From: Candidatus Saccharimonadota bacterium
GTDB taxonomy: Bacteria; Patescibacteriota; Saccharimonadia; Saccharimonadales; Saccharimonadaceae
Direction: 5' to 3'
Length of the DNA stretch: 32,000 nt
Assembly (NCBI GenBank): GCA_002421785.1
Contig: DIRZ01000003.1
Span: 250,700 to 282,699 of the forward strand
Shown: one piece after another, positions 8,520 to 15,342 of the stretch
How the letters are laid out: each line of letters starts with the position of its first letter
Position numbering within the stretch: position 1 is the first letter of the stretch
Program-made: the position numbers and the translations under genes
Notes under the pieces: generated by a model
What the model was told of the DNA's origin: nothing
Database searches by the model: none
What the model saw: the letters and a program-made list of their open reading frames with translations, nothing else

Positions 8520-9337
8520 GGTTGTGTGAGTCTTTCTGCAGCACTTGCCTGCGCCAGTAGTTCTTCGCCAGTATACCTTCTTCGGGCAGAAAGCTCTACC
8601 CATTTACCCTCGAATGGTGAGCTTGCAGGGTCAAACGGATATGTATAGCGCCGCCATTGCAACTTTTCGCGCACATCATGTGGGTCATCGGGGTTAACTC
8701 TCGTATAGTGAAGAATCGTACAATTGCGCAGTGCGTAGGTATGGTCTGCGTCTATCTTCTCCCACTCTTCGGGTGTCATTCGCTCAATGCCATAGCGTGC
8801 CGCATTAATGAAGTCGCCATGTGTCACCACGCAGACACGCTTGCCGGCCTGCTCACGGTGCAATGTTCCCTGAAAATCACGAAAGCGGGCGTATACATCC
8901 GGCATACTCTCGCCACCATCAAGGCGCGTGTACCATGGATTCTGCGCCTTCTCCTGGGCCGTCATAGGGAAAAGTGCACGCTGTTCGGCGGTCGGTCGCT
9001 TTCCATACACGCCCCAACTCCGTTCAACAACCCGGTCATCAATCGTCCAGCCACCCAGTTCCGGGCCACCAAGGCAGGCAGCCGTTTCACGGGTTCGGTA
9101 AAATGGCGAAACATACAATGCGTCAAACGACGCCAGGCCCCCGACATTCTCGTCAAGCCATCGTTTAGCTGTTTCTGCTTGCGCCACACCATTCTGCGTA
9201 AGACGGTGCTGCCAATCTGGCCTGCCAAAAATTGCCTGCACCGTGTTGTCATCCAGGCCATGGTCGTCACTCTTCTGAACAGTGTTCGCTTCAGACTGGC
9301 CGTGTCTGATAAAAATTAAGTCGTTAGGCATCGCCAT
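8516..9337 (-). CDS. histidine phosphatase superfamily protein (phosphoglycerate-mutase-like, branch 1)
   Basis: The catalytic motif LIFIRHGQSEAN (RHG) is present, together with RTRETA, ERSWG and VTHGDF. An AAAGGAG RBS precedes the ATG at 9337. Confidence 0.85.
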   Translation of the reverse strand: MAMPNDLIFIRHGQSEANTVQKSDDHGLDDNTVQAIFGRPDWQHRLTQNGVAQAETAKRWLDENVGGLASFDALYVSPFYRTRETAACLGGPELGGWTIDDRVVERSWGVYGKRPTAEQRALFPMTAQEKAQNPWYTRLDGGESMPDVYARFRDFQGTLHREQAGKRVCVVTHGDFINAARYGIERMTPEEWEKIDADHTYALRNCTILHYTRVNPDDPHDVREKLQWRRYTYPFDPASSPFEGKWVELSARRRYTGEELLAQASAAERLTQP

Positions 9338-9391
9338 TTTTACATCTCCTTTTGCATGTACTACCTGTATTGTACTACATAATTCGCATAA

Positions 9392-9455
9392 ATAGTGTTG
9401 ACATTACAATAACTATTCGCTAGGATGAAGCTAGTAAGTGTATAAAGTACAATAA
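9392..9455 (+). promoter_or_regulatory. pnuC promoter with two candidate NrtR operators, in the divergent region shared with the histidine-phosphatase operon
   Basis: -35 TTGACA (9398-9403), 17-nt spacer, -10 TAGGAT (9421-9426). Box 1, ATAGTGT-TGACATT-ACAATAA (9392-9412), covers the -35 element. Box 2, TAAGTGT-ATAAAGT-ACAATAA (9435-9455), lies downstream of the -10 element. Confidence 0.5.
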
Positions 9456-9474
9456 GTACAGAAAGTGAATCATC

Positions 9475-10197
9475 ATGAAATTACAACTTAATCCTAAAGG
9501 TGCCAGCCTCACACGGCACATCACAGAAAGCATCATCATTGGTGTCGTACTGACATTCCTCTCCTATGCAGTCGGTATCTTTGCAGGCTGGCTCACCCCT
9601 GCCGGGCTTAACTGGCTTGAGGTATTCGCCGTCCTCACATCATATGCCTGTACCTATCTGTGTGTGGTTGAGCGACGCATCAACTACCCCATCGGTGCAA
9701 TCAGCTCGGCCGCCTATGCGGTGCTCTTTATGCAGAGCGGGTTGCTATCAAGCGCCATTCTGAACGCCTACTTGGCACCAACGCTCATTTACGGCTGGCT
9801 CCGTTGGCGCAAAGATGCCAATGCTCGCCCAGTTACTCACGTCGAGCTGAAGTGGCTTCCCGTGTACGTCATCGTGGCAGCCGCTGGGTATGTAGGCGCC
9901 AGCCTGATTAGCAAATCGTTTGGCGGGGCGATGGCCTGGACGGACTCGATCATATTGGCTGGGACTATCCTGGCACAGTTCTTGCTCGATAATAAAAAGC
10001 TTGAAAACTGGGCAGTGTGGGCTATGGTAAATGTCTTCGCTATCTACACCTACTGGACAATTGGCCTCCCACTTGTCGCCTTCCAGTACATCTTTTTCCT
10101 CGCAAACACCGTCTACGGCTATATCACCTGGAAGCGCAGCAAGGAGCAGGCTCATGAGACCTCAACCCTCAAAGAACCCGTCCTCACCGAAGCCTAA
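9475..10197 (+). CDS. pnuC: nicotinamide riboside transporter PnuC
   Basis: 240-aa polytopic membrane protein with W/Y-rich helices and a C-terminal motif FQYIFFLANTVYGYITW typical of PnuC. It lies directly upstream of RNK/NadR genes. Confidence 0.8.
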   Translation: MKLQLNPKGASLTRHITESIIIGVVLTFLSYAVGIFAGWLTPAGLNWLEVFAVLTSYACTYLCVVERRINYPIGAISSAAYAVLFMQSGLLSSAILNAYLAPTLIYGWLRWRKDANARPVTHVELKWLPVYVIVAAAGYVGASLISKSFGGAMAWTDSIILAGTILAQFLLDNKKLENWAVWAMVNVFAIYTYWTIGLPLVAFQYIFFLANTVYGYITWKRSKEQAHETSTLKEPVLTEA

Positions 10198-10762
10198 GTC
10201 CTTTACTATCACCATCTTTGGCGCCGAGTCGACTGGCAAAACGACACTCAGCCGTGAACTTGCGACAGTACTCGGTGCCCAGTGGCTGTACGAATTCGCC
10301 CGCCCCTACCTTGAGCTGACGAGTGCACCCATCACCCCCAGCTCGATGACGGCAATTTGGCACGGCCAGCAGGTGCTACAGACGATGCGCGAAGGCCATG
10401 TCATCGTGCAGGATACCGACCTGTTCTCAACAGTTGGATACTGGCAGTTCCCGCACTGGCACCCGGTCCTCGGCGACTGCCCCGCTGCGCTCATTCGTGA
10501 CGCCAAGCACCTTCAGTCAGACCTTTACCTTATTACGCCAAGCAACATCCCCTTCGAACATGACCCACTTCGCTACGGCGGGGATGCACGAGAAGGGACC
10601 GATGACTACTGGGTAGCGGTCTGTGAACAATATCAATTACCGTACGTCGTGCTGAACTCCAGCGACCCGTCAGCACGCGTCACCGAAGCACTCACTATTA
10701 TGCAAACAAAGGAGAATCTATGCGCGGCCTCGTCATTGGCAAATTTTACCCACCCCACCTAG
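10154..10762 (+). CDS. stand-alone NadR-C-terminal-like P-loop ATPase (putative ribosylnicotinamide kinase)
   Basis: Start set to the ATG at 10154, preceded by AAGGAG; the upstream part of the track ORF is an out-of-frame reading of pnuC. Walker A is FGAESTGKTTLSRELA and a Walker-B-like VQDTDL follows. It is a paralogue of the C-terminal domain of the next gene. Confidence 0.7.
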   Translation: MRPQPSKNPSSPKPKSFTITIFGAESTGKTTLSRELATVLGAQWLYEFARPYLELTSAPITPSSMTAIWHGQQVLQTMREGHVIVQDTDLFSTVGYWQFPHWHPVLGDCPAALIRDAKHLQSDLYLITPSNIPFEHDPLRYGGDAREGTDDYWVAVCEQYQLPYVVLNSSDPSARVTEALTIMQTKENLCAASSLANFTHPT

Positions 10763-11691
10763 GGCACAACTACCTCATCGATACAGCGCTAGCCAACAGC
10801 GACGAAGTTGACGTACTAGTCGTTGATAACCCCGCCTATCGTCTACCTGCCGCCAAGCGTGCAGCCTGGCTAAGAGCACGCCACCCAGCGGCCCATGTCA
10901 AAATCATCCCTGACATATATGATGATGCCAACTCAATCTCATGGGGCAAGCATACCATCGACTTCCTCGGGTACCGTCCGGACACCGTGTTTAGCTCTGA
11001 AGACTACGGCAAGCCGTGGGCAGATGCCATGAACTGCAAAAGCGTGCTCGTCGACCTGGATCGACTGACCTTTCCCGTGTCGGGCACCCTTGTCCGTCAG
11101 GATATGCTGAACTCGTGGCATATGCTATCTGACGAGACAAAAGCCGGCCTAGCCCTCCGCGTTGTCATCGTGGGTGCTGAATCAACTGGCACGACAACGC
11201 TTTCCCGTGACCTCGCCGCCGCGCTCCATGTGCCATGGGTCCCTGAAGTTGGTCGGTACTACACCGAATCAATTCTGACAGATGGCTACGAATGGCGTGA
11301 TGAGGACTTCTATCGAATCGGGCGATTGCAGCAACACTATGAAAACGAAATTGCCGCGCGGAGTAAGGGCGTCATCGTGTGCGACACGAATGCCGTCGCG
11401 ACAGAGCTATGGCAGCGGCGCTACATGGGCAAAACGACGTCTGAGATGCGCGAGATTGCTGCAAACGACAAAGCCGATCTGTACATCATCACCGGTGACG
11501 AGATACCCTTCGTGCAGGATGGCATCCGCGACGGCGAACACATCCGCCACCGCATGCACCGTTGGTTCCTGGCACACATTAAAAAATCCGGTATACCCTA
11601 CCTGGTAGTTACCGGTACGCCAGAGGAGCGCCTTGCCGCGGCACGCACTGCCGCCGAAGCAATGATTCGCGACAGACGCGTCATTACATAA
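10720..11691 (+). CDS. nadR: bifunctional NMN adenylyltransferase / ribosylnicotinamide kinase (NadR type, no HTH domain)
   Basis: The N-terminus GKFYPPHLGH is the nucleotidyltransferase G-x-F-x-P-x-H-x-G-H motif. The C-terminal domain has Walker A GAESTGTTTLSRDLA. An AAGGAG RBS is present, and the gene overlaps the previous gene by 43 nt. Confidence 0.85.
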   Translation: MRGLVIGKFYPPHLGHNYLIDTALANSDEVDVLVVDNPAYRLPAAKRAAWLRARHPAAHVKIIPDIYDDANSISWGKHTIDFLGYRPDTVFSSEDYGKPWADAMNCKSVLVDLDRLTFPVSGTLVRQDMLNSWHMLSDETKAGLALRVVIVGAESTGTTTLSRDLAAALHVPWVPEVGRYYTESILTDGYEWRDEDFYRIGRLQQHYENEIAARSKGVIVCDTNAVATELWQRRYMGKTTSEMREIAANDKADLYIITGDEIPFVQDGIRDGEHIRHRMHRWFLAHIKKSGIPYLVVTGTPEERLAAARTAAEAMIRDRRVIT

Positions 11692-11723
11692 TGTTGCAAT
11701 AACTACATCATTATTTTACATAG

Positions 11724-11790
11724 TTAGTGTTGACTTTACACTAACAACGCGTTACACTCAGTTTATAAGTTAGTGTATATATCACACTAA
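11724..11790 (+). promoter_or_regulatory. pncA promoter with two perfect 21-bp palindromes (candidate NrtR operators)
   Basis: Box 1 is TTAGTGT-TGACTTT-ACACTAA (11724-11744) and box 2 is TTAGTGT-ATATATC-ACACTAA (11770-11790). The -35 TTGACT (11730-11735) lies inside box 1, followed by a 17-nt spacer and -10 TACACT (11753-11758). Confidence 0.6.
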
Positions 11791-11816
11791 CAATAAGAAT
11801 AAAGGAGTTGACCACT

Positions 11817-12539
11817 ATGAATACCCTCAAAGCCCCCCAAGTATACGGCGAAGTTATGCTAGGCAACATCGATGTGCAGAACGACTTCTGCCCTGGCGGC
11901 ACACTCGCCGTTAGGGATGGAGACAAAGTCGTAGGACCACTCAATGCTGTCGGTGAATTTGTCGCCGAGCATGACGGCTTCGTCTTTAATACAGGCGACT
12001 TCCACGATCCACGCACAGCACACTTCGACACAAACGGCGGCCCATGGCCTGTCCACTGCGTAGAGTACCGCGCCGGTGCAGCTTTTCACGAAGACCTGAC
12101 TATCCGTCCTAATGATAGCGTCGCCTACAAAGGCACAAGCCTGGTTGACGACGGCTACTCTGGTGCTGAAGCGGTTATCCAGCGCGGTCGCCTCGAGTCC
12201 ATCGTGTCAAACCTCCCCGCAAGCGAACGGACGATAGGTGCTGCGATTGAGCGCATTGAGCAAGTAACTGAACAGTACAAACGACGCCTGGCGGTGTTAA
12301 TCGGCGGACTTGCGACAGACTACTGTGTGAAGGCGACCGTTCTCGACGTACTCGCCATTACAAATCGGGAAACAACCGATGTTATTGTGCTCCGTGATGC
12401 AATTCGTGCCGTCAACATCAATGAAACAGACGGTGAAGATGCAATCAACGCGATGCTTGAAGCTGGCGCACTAGCAATGACAACTGAAGAAATTCTTGCG
12501 GGCGGCATCGTTATTGATCATACACGGCTGGAGCGCTAA
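11817..12539 (+). CDS. pncA: nicotinamidase (isochorismatase family)
   Basis: Start at the ATG at 11817, 9 nt after AAAGGAG. Motifs DVQNDFCPGGTLAV and the catalytic-Cys motif LATDYCVKAT are present. Confidence 0.85.
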   Translation: MNTLKAPQVYGEVMLGNIDVQNDFCPGGTLAVRDGDKVVGPLNAVGEFVAEHDGFVFNTGDFHDPRTAHFDTNGGPWPVHCVEYRAGAAFHEDLTIRPNDSVAYKGTSLVDDGYSGAEAVIQRGRLESIVSNLPASERTIGAAIERIEQVTEQYKRRLAVLIGGLATDYCVKATVLDVLAITNRETTDVIVLRDAIRAVNINETDGEDAINAMLEAGALAMTTEEILAGGIVIDHTRLER

Positions 12540-12549
12540 GGTGAGCGCT

Positions 12550-13851
12550 ATGAACAAACGCGAGACACCTTCCCTTTCCCAAGGCCTCGACTATTACAAA
12601 GCCACAATGGGGCAGGTTGAATTCGATAAACACCCCGACACAATCGTTACCTTTGAGCTAAAGAATCGTGGAGCCAACAAGCTATCGACCTACGTGACTC
12701 CTGAGCAGTTATCGGCACGACTAGCCGAGCTCCAGGACGGATGGAGCCCAGAAGAAGTTGCCTACCTGGCTGGCCTCACCAACCAAGACGGTGGTGCTCG
12801 CTTCACCCCAGAGTATCTCGACTTCCTCGCGGACAATCCACTTCCCCCCGTGCAGGTCGGCTATGATGAACACCATGAGCTTACCGTCAAAACGACTGGT
12901 GCGTGGCCGCTCGTGACCTTTTGGGAAACAGTCGTGATGAGCGAGCTTAATGAGCTCTACTTCGCTGGCAAATTAGCCGCAGAAGGCAGCTCACTCGATG
13001 AACTTTATGCCGAAGGCGAACGGCGTCTTGATAGCAAGATCGCCACGCTCCGCGACCGACCTGATATTAAATTTTCAGACTTCGGTACACGCCGACGCTT
13101 CAGCTACGACTGGCAGAAGCACGTTATCGAACGTGTCGCCCAGGAGCTACCTAGCCAATTCCTTGGTACCTCAAACATTTTCCTGGCGCATGAGCTCAAC
13201 CTGAAACCAATCGGCACCTACGCACACGAGATGCCCATGGTATACGGCGCCATCGAACAAATGAATGGCAACGACCCGCTCGACGGTCATCACAAAATGC
13301 TCCGCGACTGGGAAACGACCCACCGTGGCGACCTTGCAACTGCGTTGACCGATACCTGGACAACTGACTACTTCTTCACCGACTTCACCCCAGAACAAGC
13401 CGAAGCTTGGGGCGGCCTACGACACGATTCTGGTGACCCATTTGAATTCGGCGAACGTGTTATTACGTTTTACCAGCAATACAATATCGATCCACGCGCC
13501 CACACCATTGTCTACAGTGACGGCCTCGACATCGACATGATTGTCGCCCTGGCAGACCGCTTTAGGGGCCGCGTCAATCTCGTGTTTGGCTGGGGCACTA
13601 CGCTCACCAACGACCTGGGGGTTAAAGCGAACAACTTCGTCATGAAAGCCACTACAGTTGCAGAAGCCTCCCTGCCGCAGTACGAGCAAGGTACCGTCAA
13701 GCTGAGTGACGCCGAAGGCAAGCACATGGGCAGCCCTGAAGATGTCGAACTCTATGGACAACGCGTCAAACGTGCTGTCGCCATGGGCGCTCGAGCCTAC
13801 CAGTTGAGTGTCGCGAATAACGCACATGAAAAACAGCTGGTGGCTGTATGA
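12550..13851 (+). CDS. pncB: nicotinate phosphoribosyltransferase
   Basis: Start at the ATG at 12550, after AAGGTGA. Motifs YYKATMGQ, DFGTRRRFS, GTYAHEMPM, SDGLD and FGWGTTLTND are typical of PncB. Confidence 0.85.
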   Translation: MNKRETPSLSQGLDYYKATMGQVEFDKHPDTIVTFELKNRGANKLSTYVTPEQLSARLAELQDGWSPEEVAYLAGLTNQDGGARFTPEYLDFLADNPLPPVQVGYDEHHELTVKTTGAWPLVTFWETVVMSELNELYFAGKLAAEGSSLDELYAEGERRLDSKIATLRDRPDIKFSDFGTRRRFSYDWQKHVIERVAQELPSQFLGTSNIFLAHELNLKPIGTYAHEMPMVYGAIEQMNGNDPLDGHHKMLRDWETTHRGDLATALTDTWTTDYFFTDFTPEQAEAWGGLRHDSGDPFEFGERVITFYQQYNIDPRAHTIVYSDGLDIDMIVALADRFRGRVNLVFGWGTTLTNDLGVKANNFVMKATTVAEASLPQYEQGTVKLSDAEGKHMGSPEDVELYGQRVKRAVAMGARAYQLSVANNAHEKQLVAV

Positions 13852-15329
13852 AGTGTCCCGAACTTCGCGCAAACACAGCGAACGTCGAACTACCAACTCA
13901 TGAGGAGCAAGAGGGCTTTCTTGCCCTTGGCCTTACTACTGATAACAATGGACGCCCTTTGCACCCATGGCGCTACGATATCCCCGACCTGCCCTCCACC
14001 AAAGGCGATTTATGGAAATGGGGACCAAATTATACTGTAGACCCCATCGTTCTGTCCCAGGACAACGACGGTCCAGTAATACTGCTTATCCAGCGAGGCG
14101 ACTGCGGACAATGGGCGCTACCTGGCGGCTTTGTCGATAGTGGCGAAAACCCCCTCGAAGCAGCGCGCCGCGAGCTCCGCGAAGAAACCAGTTTGGAGAT
14201 CACGGACGGTGAGTCGACGGCACATGTTTGCTATCAAGGGCCAGTCCACGACAGACGAAGCACCATGTACGCATGGCCAGAAACGACATCGATCTTGATG
14301 CATGTCCCTACCGCGCCCGTTGCCGCTGGGGATGATGCCATGACCGCCCAATGGGTGCCCCTAAAAGACGTCCGCCTACTGCCGGGCCTTTATGGGTCAC
14401 ATGGTACACTAATTGATATGGCAATTCGAGACAGCGGTACATTTCATGAGCAACTCGAATACTTTAGTAACCAAGTTGAGTTTAGCCAACCTACTGGTGG
14501 GCACATGGGCTACACTCGGCACATCGCATCACTACCCACAGGCAGGCGCGTATTCATTAAGCGGCACGACGCCGACAAGTTCACCGATGAGACGCGCGCT
14601 CAACATTCAAAACGCTATCTACACAAGGAGCATCACGTCTACCAGCAGCTATCAGACACATCCCCTCATACTCCTGACCACATTGAATTGACTAATGACA
14701 GTACTCTGCTGCTCGAAGCATACGACCCACGTGATGGATGGCAGTGGAAAGCACCACTGGACATTACTGAGCGTAGACGATATATCCATGAAGTAATCGA
14801 GGCTCTGCGCACCATTGAACCTGCGAGGTATGAGCCATTTGTTGACGTAAAACCGTCATATCATACGATTATCGATGAGGGTTGGGGCGCCTACCCTACA
14901 GCCCGCACACGCATTATCGAAAAGCTGCACAGATCCTCAGTCGAAGGAGCCCGGGCACTTGCCGATAGCCTGGATGAGCTATACGAACGTACTCAGCATC
15001 TCCCGTCACCAGAGCTTACCCACTTCGCTCATTATGACGTCCGCCAATCAAACATCGCCTGGCATCCCGAGCATGGCGTACGCATTGTTGATTGGAGTTG
15101 GGCGGATCCCGCCCCTAAAGGCGTAGATACCACGAGCTTTCTGATTGACATACATAAAGCCGGATATTCTATCGATGAGCATATGCCGGATTTTAATGCC
15201 GAACACGCACTGATACTTATAGGATTCTGGCTAGGCCACAGCATATGGCCGACACCAACACACGATCAAACCGTTCGCGAGCATCAAATCAGTTCAGCGG
15301 TTGCCGCTTTTCAGCTACTTAACCAGTAG
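13848..15329 (+). CDS. fusion protein: NUDT9-like Nudix (ADP-ribose pyrophosphatase-like) + protein-kinase-like/APH-fold phosphotransferase
   Basis: ATGA overlap with the pncB stop. The N-terminal half has KWGPNYTVDPIVL (NUDT9-type upstream motif, from memory) and the Nudix box GGFVDSGENPLEAARRELREETSL. The C-terminal half has FIKRHD (putative beta3 Lys), catalytic loop HYDVRQSNIAW (H-x-D-x4-N) and metal-binding IVDWSWA. Confidence 0.8.
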   Translation: MKCPELRANTANVELPTHEEQEGFLALGLTTDNNGRPLHPWRYDIPDLPSTKGDLWKWGPNYTVDPIVLSQDNDGPVILLIQRGDCGQWALPGGFVDSGENPLEAARRELREETSLEITDGESTAHVCYQGPVHDRRSTMYAWPETTSILMHVPTAPVAAGDDAMTAQWVPLKDVRLLPGLYGSHGTLIDMAIRDSGTFHEQLEYFSNQVEFSQPTGGHMGYTRHIASLPTGRRVFIKRHDADKFTDETRAQHSKRYLHKEHHVYQQLSDTSPHTPDHIELTNDSTLLLEAYDPRDGWQWKAPLDITERRRYIHEVIEALRTIEPARYEPFVDVKPSYHTIIDEGWGAYPTARTRIIEKLHRSSVEGARALADSLDELYERTQHLPSPELTHFAHYDVRQSNIAWHPEHGVRIVDWSWADPAPKGVDTTSFLIDIHKAGYSIDEHMPDFNAEHALILIGFWLGHSIWPTPTHDQTVREHQISSAVAAFQLLNQ

Positions 15330-15342
15330 TAGCGGCTGAGGC

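Noticed and set aside
8657-9319. 220-aa ORF on the plus strand
   Set aside because: It lies entirely antisense to the well-supported histidine phosphatase gene. It has no RBS or motif, and its composition is that of a shadow ORF. The same reasoning rejects 7021..7443, 7572..7919, 7811..8170 and 8243..8560, which are antisense to the ARH and MTase genes.
10031-10153. Ser/Pro-rich N-terminal extension of the RNK-like ORF
   Set aside because: It is an out-of-frame reading of the pnuC 3' end. An ATG with an AAGGAG RBS at 10154 sits just upstream of the Walker A motif. Similar trimming was applied at 4350..4424 (a TTG start inside the promoter), 12496..12549 and 8520..8603.
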